Assembly: GCA_017513965.1 (NCBI GenBank)
Contig: JAFWMI010000119.1
Span: 8,922-72,921 of the forward strand
Length of the DNA stretch: 64,000 bases
Direction of reading: 5' to 3'
Source: Atopobiaceae bacterium
GTDB taxonomy: Bacteria; Actinomycetota; Coriobacteriia; Coriobacteriales; Atopobiaceae
Made by a program: the position numbers and the translations under genes. Below are positions 1 through 8,855 of the stretch, piece after piece. A model generated the notes under the pieces. The model was not told the DNA's origin. It saw nothing but the letters and a program-made list of their open reading frames with translations, and did no database searches. Numbering within the stretch: the first letter of the stretch is position 1; every line of letters begins with the position of its first letter.

Positions 1-239
1 ACGAATCGCTTGAGATACATCAAACCGGACACGTGGTCTAGATGGTAATGCGAGAGCACGATGCTCAAGCGATCGTGGCACTCAAGTACGCCCGCAAACG
101 CAGCGAGGTTCGCGACTCCCGTGCCGGCATCGAGCATGATGAGCTCATCGCCCAGCTCAACCAGTACGCACGCCGTTTGCCTGCCCGCAGCCGGCATCCA
201 GCCCATGCTCCCCAACACCCAGGCGTCCGCCATCGCCAT
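1..239 (-). CDS. MBL-fold metallo-hydrolase, N-terminal part (gene runs off the left edge)
   Basis: Absent from the ORF track because it has no stop in the window. Manual minus-strand translation from the ATG at 237-239 gives MAMADAWVLGSMGWMPAAGRQTACVLVELGDELIMLDAGTGV...LSIVLSHYHLDHVSGLMYLKRF, which contains the HxHxDH metal motif. A GGAGAGGAG Shine-Dalgarno lies directly upstream. Confidence 0.7.
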   Translation of the reverse strand, partial: MAMADAWVLGSMGWMPAAGRQTACVLVELGDELIMLDAGTGVANLAAFAGVLECHDRLSIVLSHYHLDHVSGLMYLKRF

Positions 240-356
240 GCTCCTCTCCCCGCTCTCCAAAGAAGAGCATAGCATGCAGGGTGCCCGGCAAGTGATGGAG
301 CAAAGCGGCGAACGACAAGACGTCGCACGCATAGATCGTATGGATCTTGCGCGGTG

Positions 357-1454
357 CTAGACGATCCCGCGTTTCTTCATGTCTCGTATCACAAGCTTCG
401 CGATGATGTCGGCACCTCGGTCGTTCGGGTGGTTTCTGTCACCGTTGAGGCAATCGTAGCGTCCGTCAAAGATGCGCTCGCAAGAGGGCAGGTAATAGAC
501 GCCGTACTTTTTAGCCAGCTTCTTATACAGTGAATAGCGTCCCGTTACCGTATTTATATAGTAGGAATTGCCTATCGTCCAGTTGGGCACCGCATGCACG
601 ATGCGCGCATTCGGATATTTCCTTCTTAGGGCCTTTATGGTACGCCTGTAACCAGCTCGGATTTGGCGGTCGGTAAAGGGCACATCATTACCCGCGCTGC
701 CCACGATGACGATGTGGGACACATGTACGTCGCGCCTTGCGCGACGTATGAGGTGCGTCCAAGAAACATAGCCATGGAAGCCATACCCCTCTCCGCCCAC
801 GAGCTTTTTCCACTGCGCTTCCTTGAGACCCAGGCGCATCGCAATCTGCACTGGCCAGGGGTGGGGTGATGACATGGCATAAGAGTCACCCACCATAACG
901 TACTTCGCACGAATTTTGAAGGTCGCCTTTACGGTACCCTTCCAGTCGCCTATGCCCTTGATGTAGAGCTTTGCCGTGCCTGGCCATACGTTACGCCTAT
1001 ATTTGATGATGTAGTCACGACCACGCACAAGCGTGGTCTTTCCAACCTTGACCCGTGGTTTTGGTTTGACTTCCTTGCCCGTGAAGGTGTACGTGCGCAT
1101 GCGTGACACCTTTGCGGAGGACAGGCTACGCCGCACAGGCTTCGTAGCAACCGGGGATTCTGTGGCTGGTGGTTCGGCGACGTCTTGGTTCGTGGTGTCA
1201 GCAACAAGCAAAGCGGCCTCATCGGTAGAGTTCGCGGGCTCAAGTTCCTCAGTCGTACTATCGGACGCTATGACATCGTCCTCCTCAGCCGCAACATCGA
1301 GCACTTCGACATCGTCCTCCTCGATGTTGACGTCAGATGCTACGACGCCATCCTCCGCACGTGCGATCCGAGGAATCGCCACAGTAACGGCAACCAGCAA
1401 GACCACAACTACCATGATGGCAAACATCTTCAAACGTCTAGGTTTCTCGCACAT
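357..1454 (-). CDS. Membrane-anchored or secreted SGNH/GDSL-like hydrolase with acidic linker and Ig-like repeat
   Basis: I chose the internal ATG at 1454 (MCEKPRRLKMFAIMVVVVLLVAV signal anchor) because GGAAGGAG lies upstream. It has an acidic EEDDV-type linker and a YTFTGKEVKPKPRVKVGKTTLVRGRDYIIKY...ATFKI surface-repeat-like segment. The C-terminus carries VMVGDSY, GSAGND and DRNHPN, consistent with SGNH blocks. Confidence 0.6.
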   Translation of the reverse strand: MCEKPRRLKMFAIMVVVVLLVAVTVAIPRIARAEDGVVASDVNIEEDDVEVLDVAAEEDDVIASDSTTEELEPANSTDEAALLVADTTNQDVAEPPATESPVATKPVRRSLSSAKVSRMRTYTFTGKEVKPKPRVKVGKTTLVRGRDYIIKYRRNVWPGTAKLYIKGIGDWKGTVKATFKIRAKYVMVGDSYAMSSPHPWPVQIAMRLGLKEAQWKKLVGGEGYGFHGYVSWTHLIRRARRDVHVSHIVIVGSAGNDVPFTDRQIRAGYRRTIKALRRKYPNARIVHAVPNWTIGNSYYINTVTGRYSLYKKLAKKYGVYYLPSCERIFDGRYDCLNGDRNHPNDRGADIIAKLVIRDMKKRGIV

Positions 1455-1654
1455 GGCCACTCCTTCCGTTTCGTCCTCATTTTGAAGTACCTTGATACGT
1501 AAGTATATCAACTGTTTAACGTGCGGGAACAGGAAGCTCCACATAGGCAACTTTTGGCAAGGCTATTGCAAAGCCGGCAAATCCCTCGCTAACGCCACAC
1601 GACACGCCCGCATTGCTACAATAGGTCCGCAACACCCAAGCGAGAGGAGCGGCC

Positions 1655-3019
1655 GTGGCCATTACCCCAGAAGAAGTCACCGAGACACGCAATATGGTCT
1701 CTGAGCAAAACCTCGACCTACGAACCATAACCATGGGAATCTCGTTGTTTGGCTGCGCCGACGAGCAGATGGACCGTATGTGCACGAAAATATACGATCG
1801 CATTACGCACACCGCCGAGCGGCTCGTTCCCGTAGCGGAGGCCCTTGAGCGCGAGTATGGGATTCCCATTGCGAACAAGCGCGTCTCAGTCACTCCCATC
1901 GCCCAGATTGCCGCCTCGTGCACCAACGAGGATCTCTCGCCCATCGCCCACACCATGAATCGAGCGGCGGAGTCGCTCGGCATCGACTTTATGGGCGGTT
2001 TCTCCGCACTCGTGCAAAAGGGTATGGGCGCCACCGACCGTCGCCTCATCAACTCCATACCCTCGGCACTCGCCACCACCGAGCGCGTGTGCTCGAGCGT
2101 GAACGTGGCGAGCGTGCGGGCAGGCATCAACATGGACGCCGTGCTGCTCATGGCGCAGAAGATTCGCGAGGCCGCCGAACTCACAACGAGCATCGACTGC
2201 TATGGCGCTGCCAAGCTGGTCGTATTCTCCAACATGGTGGAAGACTCGCCCTTTATGGCCGGCGCCATCCATGGTTCCGGCGAATGCGACGCCGTCATCA
2301 ACGTGGGAGTTTCGGGGCCCGGCGTAATGGCGGCCGCTTTGGAGCAGCTTCCTCCAACGGCCGACCTCATGGAGGTCGCCGAACGCATCAAGCAGACCGC
2401 CTTCAAGATCACGCGCGCCGGTGAGCTCATGAGCCGCGAAGCCGCACGTCGTCTTGGCGCCGAAAAGGGCATCGTGGACCTCTCGCTTGCCCCAACGCCT
2501 GCTGCTGGCGACTCCGTGGCGCGCATCCTCGAGATTATCGGCGTTGGTGAATGCGGTGGCCCAGGCACCACATGCGCGCTTGCCTTGCTCAATGACGCCG
2601 TCAAGAAGGGCGGTGTAATGGCGAGCTCCAGCGTTGGTGGCTTGTCTGGCGCTTTTATTCCCGTGAGCGAAGATGCGGGCATGATTCGCGCTGCGCTGGA
2701 CGGCGCGCTCACGCTCGAGAAGCTCGAGGCCATGACGTGCGTATGCTCTGTGGGTTTGGACATGATCGCCGTCCCAGGAGACACCTCCGTCGAGACCATC
2801 GCTGGGATCATCGCCGACGAGATGGCGATTGGCGTTATCAACGGCAAGACCACAGCCGTTCGCCTTATTCCCGCCATTGGGCGCAACGAGGGCGACATGC
2901 TGGAGTTTGGTGGCCTGTTTGGCTCTGCCCCCGTTATGTCCGTCAATCGCTTTGCGGGCAATGTGTTCGCCCATCGTGGCGGACGCTTTCCCGCCCCACT
3001 CAACTCTCTGCGCAACTAG
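1655..3019 (+). CDS. UPF0210 / DUF711 (PFL family) protein
   Basis: GTG start preceded by GAGAGGAG. The N-terminus [24 protein letters not shown]...[14 protein letters not shown]...[12 protein letters not shown] is the characteristic UPF0210 signature. Length is 454 aa. Confidence 0.8.
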   Translation: MAITPEEVTETRNMVSEQNLDLRTITMGISLFGCADEQMDRMCTKIYDRITHTAERLVPVAEALEREYGIPIANKRVSVTPIAQIAASCTNEDLSPIAHTMNRAAESLGIDFMGGFSALVQKGMGATDRRLINSIPSALATTERVCSSVNVASVRAGINMDAVLLMAQKIREAAELTTSIDCYGAAKLVVFSNMVEDSPFMAGAIHGSGECDAVINVGVSGPGVMAAALEQLPPTADLMEVAERIKQTAFKITRAGELMSREAARRLGAEKGIVDLSLAPTPAAGDSVARILEIIGVGECGGPGTTCALALLNDAVKKGGVMASSSVGGLSGAFIPVSEDAGMIRAALDGALTLEKLEAMTCVCSVGLDMIAVPGDTSVETIAGIIADEMAIGVINGKTTAVRLIPAIGRNEGDMLEFGGLFGSAPVMSVNRFAGNVFAHRGGRFPAPLNSLRN

Positions 3020-3021
3020 TC

Positions 3022-3066
3022 CGCATGCGAGGGGGACCGTCTCCTCGCATGCGGGGAATGTCCCCC
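3022..3066 (+). terminator. Tandem stem-loops downstream of the DUF711 gene
   Basis: The first stem-loop is cgcatgcgagggggaccgtctcctcgcatgcg. It is followed by ggggaatgtcccc. There is no strong U-tract. Confidence 0.4.
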
Positions 3067-3166
3067 TGTTGCCTACGGCTCCTTGGTGTTACGGTTGTAG
3101 CACACGCCGATGCTATGGAGTAAGCTTGAAGCGAAACGGTTTTGTGTTCCAGATTGCGGAGGCCTC

Positions 3167-4081
3167 ATGGTAGTCGATCAACACAGCGACCTCATGGATC
3201 GCATCACCGCTTTCTCGCTCGATTTGCCCGGGTCGCGCAAATCGATAGCAGAGTTCCTCATCCGCGAGGGCAGCGGCATCAAAAACCTCTCCATGGCAGA
3301 GGTTGCCGAACTTACGTTTACCTCAAAACCCTCCCTGGTCCGCTTTGCCAAGGCAATGGGTTTTGATGGCTGGCGTGACTTTCGGCTGGCATTCGTCACT
3401 TCGGTCCGCGAGCAAGAGGCGACCCTCGTCACAGGTGCGCATGTTGATCCAAACTATCCGTTCGACGAACACGACAGCACCATCGCGGCAGTTCGCAACG
3501 TGTCCCTGCTGGAACAACGCGCCATATCGGAAGTCGCCCTGCAAATAGACGAGGAAGAGCTCAACGAAGCAGCAAGGCGCGTGGTGAATGCACGTCAGCT
3601 CGTGTTCCTTGGAGCCGCTCCCAACAGTTACTTTGGTGAGCTCTTCGCATATAAGCTCAGTCAGATTGGCGTGACCTGCCACGTACCCGAAGAAAGCGAG
3701 TGGCCCATCGTAGCGCGCGGCTTATGTTCGCGAGATTGCGCCATTGTCTCGTCATACTCAGGCGTGGGCAAACACCGCCCTCCCGCAAGCTATGTGGAGC
3801 TCTTTAACGAGAATCACGTACCGGTAGTCGCCATCACCAACTCAGGCAGCAACTGGCTACGCGAGCATTGCGATTGCGTACTGGCCTTCAAGCCTCGCGA
3901 GCACTACTACAGCAAGATATCTGGCTATTACAGCGAGCAATGCGTTCACTTTATGCTCGACGCGCTATTCTCGGCATGCTTTGCCGCCAACTACGAGCAA
4001 AATGAAGTCGCACGTTTGCGTGTGCTCATTGCATACGAGCGACAGTTGCATGCGCACGTGGACGACATACTCCCCGACTAG
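3167..4081 (+). CDS. MurR/RpiR family transcriptional regulator (HTH_6 + SIS domain)
   Basis: I chose the ATG at 3167 because GGAGG lies 5 nt upstream. SIAEFLIREGSGIKNLSMAEVAELTFTSKPSLVRFAKAMGFDGWRDFRLAF is a typical RpiR HTH. The C-terminal half is SIS-like (VFLGAAPNSY..., SYSG). Confidence 0.8.
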   Translation: MVVDQHSDLMDRITAFSLDLPGSRKSIAEFLIREGSGIKNLSMAEVAELTFTSKPSLVRFAKAMGFDGWRDFRLAFVTSVREQEATLVTGAHVDPNYPFDEHDSTIAAVRNVSLLEQRAISEVALQIDEEELNEAARRVVNARQLVFLGAAPNSYFGELFAYKLSQIGVTCHVPEESEWPIVARGLCSRDCAIVSSYSGVGKHRPPASYVELFNENHVPVVAITNSGSNWLREHCDCVLAFKPREHYYSKISGYYSEQCVHFMLDALFSACFAANYEQNEVARLRVLIAYERQLHAHVDDILPD

Positions 4082-4134
4082 CATTCGCGACAGCGCCAAA
4101 TAACTCAAACCATCCAATTGAAAGGACGAGTGAG

Positions 4135-4992
4135 ATGATACAGATAGACGAGCCCATGAGTGCGCACACAACCTTTGGCGTGGGCGGACCGGCAGACGTG
4201 TTCGTAACTCCACAGAGCATCGACGAGTTGGTATCCGTTGTCGCCGCTTGTCGCAAGCTCGACGTTTCGTATTTTGTGTTGGGCAAGGGCTCCGACCTGC
4301 TCGTGTCGGACAAGGGCTTTCGTGGCGTCATGATTGCCCTCGACCTCATCAACGCCATTGCCCGCGAGGGGGATGTGCTCGTGTGCGAAGCAGGGGCGTC
4401 GCTAAAGGACGTGGCTGAGCGCGCATGCGAAGAGGGGCTGCGGGGCTTTGAGTTTGCCAGCGGCATCCCCGGCAGCGTTGGAGGCGCCTGCTTTATGAAC
4501 GCCGGCGCCTACGACGGCTGCATGGCAGACGTCCTGCAATCGGTAGACGTACTCACGCCCACAGGCAACATAACGACTATCCCTGTGGAGGAGCTTGCAC
4601 TTGGATACCGGCAAAGCCGCGTTCGTAACGAGGGACTCATTGTGCTTCGTGCACGCATTCACCTTGCGCCCGCAGACTCCGCGCTCATACGCGAGAAAAT
4701 CGATGACCTTACCCGCCGTCGGGAAGAGAAGCAGCCGCTCGAGTACGGCAGCGCCGGTTCCACCTTCAAGCGACCTGAGGGGTATTTTGCCGGCAAGCTC
4801 ATCATGGACGCAGGCCTAAAGGGATATCGCGTGGGAAATGCCTGTGTGTCGACCAAGCACGCTGGGTTCGTGGTGAACCTAGGCGGTGCCACGGCAGCAG
4901 ATGTACGTGCGGTCATCTCCCACGTACAGGACGAGGTCGAACGGCAATTCGGCGTAAGGCTAGAACCAGAAGTACGGTTCCTCGGCTGGTAG
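4135..4992 (+). CDS. murB: UDP-N-acetylenolpyruvoylglucosamine reductase
   Basis: MSAHTTFGVGGPADVFVTP, GKGSDLLVSD, GIPGSVGGACFMNAGAY, GSTFKRP and VSTKHAGFVVN are MurB FAD-binding and C-terminal motifs. Confidence 0.9.
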   Translation: MIQIDEPMSAHTTFGVGGPADVFVTPQSIDELVSVVAACRKLDVSYFVLGKGSDLLVSDKGFRGVMIALDLINAIAREGDVLVCEAGASLKDVAERACEEGLRGFEFASGIPGSVGGACFMNAGAYDGCMADVLQSVDVLTPTGNITTIPVEELALGYRQSRVRNEGLIVLRARIHLAPADSALIREKIDDLTRRREEKQPLEYGSAGSTFKRPEGYFAGKLIMDAGLKGYRVGNACVSTKHAGFVVNLGGATAADVRAVISHVQDEVERQFGVRLEPEVRFLGW

Positions 4993-5024
4993 AACCTCCC
5001 ACGCAATACTACTGGGCATCCATG

Positions 5025-5060
5025 CGAAGGCCCTCAACAGGGCCTTCGTTCTGTGTTTGT
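5025..5060 (+). terminator. Rho-independent terminator after murB
   Basis: The stem is cgaaggccct / agggccttcg with loop caac. It is followed by the T-rich ttctgtgtttgt. Confidence 0.65.
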
Positions 5061-5119
5061 ACCGAAGATAGCGTGTCTCCCGTCGACGCGCCAAACTCCC
5101 AAACGCATTATTCCACTAA

Positions 5120-6634
<1,515 letters not shown>

Positions 6635-6783
6635 CCCATACCAGTAAAGAGCTATGCTCGGGGCCGTTGTGTTCACTGGCCAACGCAAGCGCGACATGCG
6701 TCGTGCGGCCAAGAACGCAGCGGCCCCTTTGGCTCGCCCCATTTTCCGGGCAGTTCACTCGTCGCTTGGCCGGACTCATCGGC

Positions 6784-6946
6784 AAAAGTGTACGCGCGAA
6801 ACATTTCAATTCGTATATCCGCAGGATTCGATGGCGCGTAAGGTGTCCAAAGTACACTGTCTATTTTAGCAAGTGTACTTTGGACACCTTACGTCTCATT
6901 GCCATCTGCGATTATATGATTTTTAATCTTTCGCGCGTACACTTTT
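6784..6946. repeat. About 163-bp nested imperfect palindrome (MITE-like or cruciform element)
   Basis: The inner arms are a perfect 22-bp pair, cgtaaggtgtccaaagtacact (6837-6858) and agtgtactttggacaccttacg (6872-6893), with a 13-nt loop. The outer arms are a perfect 18-bp pair, aaaagtgtacgcgcgaaa (6784-6801) and tttcgcgcgtacactttt (6929-6946). The 35-nt segments between them are about 20/35 complementary by hand alignment. Confidence 0.85.
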
Positions 6947-7041
6947 CCCAAGATGGCGAGTCTCCCATACGCCGCAATCCATTCGTTACGGCCCAACAGT
7001 CAAACGGATCTGCACTTTTTGCTCCGAATCCATTCTTTTTC

Positions 7042-7070
7042 TTGCCAAATCATTGTTTACGACATATACT
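7042..7070 (+). promoter_or_regulatory. Candidate sigma-70-type promoter for the glutathione peroxidase gene
   Basis: TTGCCA (7042-7047), a 17-nt spacer and TATACT (7065-7070) lie about 45 nt upstream of the ATG at 7114 in an AT-rich stretch. Confidence 0.4.
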
Positions 7071-7113
7071 TAATGCACGATTTATTTGTGCGTTAGACGT
7101 GAAAGGAACGAGC

Positions 7114-7653
7114 ATGTCTGTTTATAATCACAGCGCTATAAAGCCCGACGGAACCACTGTCCCCCTCTCCGACTATGCGGGCAAGGTCCTGCTCATCGTG
7201 AACACCGCAACCGGTTGCGGCTTTACGCCCCAGTATGAGCAACTTGAGGCGATGTATGCCGAGTATCGCGATCAGGGTTTTGAGATTCTGGACTTCCCCT
7301 GCAACCAGTTTGCCAACCAAACACCCGAAGACGACGAAGGCATTCACGAGTTTTGCACCCTCAAATTTGGCACGGAGTTTCCTCAGTTCAAAAAGGGCGA
7401 CGTTAACGGCGACAATGCCAACCCATTGTTCGTAGAACTCGCAACCGAGAAACCCTTTGAGGGATTCAGTGGTCTCAAAAAGGTCATCATGAACAAGGTC
7501 GCCAAGAGTGTCGACAAGGAGTTTGGCGACAAGGCTTACATCAAGTGGAACTTCACCAAGTTCCTCATCGCCCGCGACGGTACCATCGTGGCGCGCTTTG
7601 AGCCCACCGCAAAGATGGATGAAGTAAAGAAGGCAGTGGCGGCACAGCTCTAA
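7114..7653 (+). CDS. Glutathione peroxidase family protein
   Basis: Only the last 179 aa of the 396-aa track ORF look real. GAAAGGAA precedes the ATG at 7114. GKVLLIVNTATGCGFTPQY, FPCNQF and WNFTKFLI are GPx signatures. Confidence 0.9.
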   Translation: MSVYNHSAIKPDGTTVPLSDYAGKVLLIVNTATGCGFTPQYEQLEAMYAEYRDQGFEILDFPCNQFANQTPEDDEGIHEFCTLKFGTEFPQFKKGDVNGDNANPLFVELATEKPFEGFSGLKKVIMNKVAKSVDKEFGDKAYIKWNFTKFLIARDGTIVARFEPTAKMDEVKKAVAAQL

Positions 7654-7678
7654 ACGTCTGTACACACTACGCAGCACA

Positions 7679-7703
7679 CGGCCCCGTCCAATGGATGGGG
7701 CCG
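7679..7703. terminator. Stem-loop between convergent gpx and nrdG
   Basis: The stem is cggcccc...ggggccg, followed by ctttctt on the plus strand. Confidence 0.5.
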
Positions 7704-7708
7704 CTTTC

Positions 7709-8386
7709 TTACGCTCTGCGAAACTCGAATTGCTCAAAGAGCTGGGGCAGTTGGGACGGCACGTCAAACGGATACACGGTCTTGTCTGCGAGTTCCCCCG
7801 TTGTGCCAATTGAGCGATAGGCCTGAATGGCCCACGTGCGCACTCCTCGATTCGCCAGATCGAGCCCGATCGTGCTTATGTCGTCCGGCGTGAGCAAATC
7901 TGGATGCCAGGTAGTCCGAACCTCAAGCTCAATGCCCAAATCAAGCACCATGTCCAAACTTTCTTGCACAAGGTCCGCCGTTCCATGCACCCTTGTTATG
8001 TTGTCGTATCCATCCCACGGTGCCTTAACATCAAGTCCGACCCAAGCAAGATACGGCATGAGCTCACGCAAACGTTCGGGATAGGCTCCGCAGGTATGCA
8101 GTCCAACCGCAAAGCCAAGCTCGCATACACGACGAGCAGCGTCTATCACGCCGTCTTGGGCAAGCGGCTCTCCGCCAGAGAAGACCACGCCATCCAGCAA
8201 GCCTCTCCTTTGCTCCAGCAGCGCGAAGAGGCTCGATTCATCCTGAGTCCCCGCACTTGCCTGCCAAAGTCTATGGTTTTGGCAGTAAGGGCACCGCCAA
8301 GGACAGCCAGCAAGAAAAGCCACGCAAGCAAGCTTGCCTGGCCAGTCAACGGTAGAGAACGGGGTAATGCCACCTATGCGCAGCAT
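7709..8386 (-). CDS. nrdG: Anaerobic ribonucleoside-triphosphate reductase activating protein (radical SAM)
   Basis: GGITPFSTVDWPGKLACVAFLAGCPWRCPYCQN carries the CxxxCxxC cluster motif. VVFSGGEPL is also present. The start overlaps the stop of the upstream 65-aa ORF. Confidence 0.9.
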   Translation of the reverse strand: MLRIGGITPFSTVDWPGKLACVAFLAGCPWRCPYCQNHRLWQASAGTQDESSLFALLEQRRGLLDGVVFSGGEPLAQDGVIDAARRVCELGFAVGLHTCGAYPERLRELMPYLAWVGLDVKAPWDGYDNITRVHGTADLVQESLDMVLDLGIELEVRTTWHPDLLTPDDISTIGLDLANRGVRTWAIQAYRSIGTTGELADKTVYPFDVPSQLPQLFEQFEFRRA

Positions 8387-8571
8387 GAGCTAGGCTCAAC
8401 AAACTCAACCCGCTCGTGGAATTCACCCTTCTTGCCTGTGTTGTAGAACGAGACCGGACGATAGTACCCCATCACGCGCGTCCACACCTCACAGGGCTGA
8501 CGCTCGTCGTTCGAGAGCTCTACTCCGTCAATGGTAACGCCCGTGCTTGTGAGTTCGCTCTTGTTAACCAT
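8374..8571 (-). CDS. Stand-alone NrdD C-terminal glycyl-radical segment (65 aa)
   Basis: EVWTRVMGYYRPVSFYNTGKKGEFHERVEF resembles the class III RNR C-terminal glycyl-radical signature (RVxGY...N.GK..E...R). The ORF has its own strong SD (GAGGAGAG, about 5 nt before the ATG). Its stop overlaps the nrdG start by 13 nt. Confidence 0.75.
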   Translation of the reverse strand: MVNKSELTSTGVTIDGVELSNDERQPCEVWTRVMGYYRPVSFYNTGKKGEFHERVEFVEPSSCCA

Positions 8572-8624
8572 GTCTCTCTCCTCGGGGAGTGGATGTCACT
8601 TCTTGTGGTTTGTATCATACCCAT

Positions 8625-8640
8625 ACACTACATCTTGTGT
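8625..8640. promoter_or_regulatory. NrdR-box-like 16-mer next to a TTGACA hexamer
   Basis: ACACTACATCTTGTGT matches the published NrdR box consensus acaCwAtATaTwGtgt at 14/16 positions by eye. On the minus strand a perfect TTGACA (plus 8645-8650) lies 4 nt upstream of it. A perfect TATAAT is at plus 8692-8697. Confidence 0.35.
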
Positions 8641-8809
8641 CTAGTGTCAACACAAAAGAGTTTGAACGCCATACAAACGCACAATCAAGGGATTATAGGC
8701 CCTTTCGGTTGCAAGTAGGTTTACAAAAGCCGTGCTTCGCGATTATTTGGCCTCGGCACATAAACACCTTAACCTTTACCGAGATTCCCCACTATACCAA
8801 CCTTTAGGT

Positions 8810-8834
8810 AATCGAGGGGACTCTACCCTCGATT
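8810..8834 (-). terminator. Stem-loop 22 nt downstream of the nrdD large ORF
   Basis: The stem is aatcgaggg / ccctcgatt with loop gactcta. It belongs to the GGGGAC..GTCCCC hairpin family seen elsewhere in the window. There is no clear U-tract. Confidence 0.4.
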
Positions 8835-8855
8835 GCTGTATCCCTCTGATGCCAA

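Noticed and set aside
42-360. Track ORFs 42-272(+), 61-360(+) and 65-328(-)
   Set aside because: They have poor coding composition. The third minus-strand frame gives a clean MBL-fold N-terminus (HxHxDH) starting at 239, so these are shadows of that gene.
8572-8855. Possibility that the nrdD spacer is a self-splicing (group I) intron, as in phage T4 nrdD
   Set aside because: I could not identify P/Q/R/S-like pairings by eye. The downstream ORF has its own strong SD and ATG, and promoter-like elements are present. The idea is kept only as an alternative to test, not as a call.
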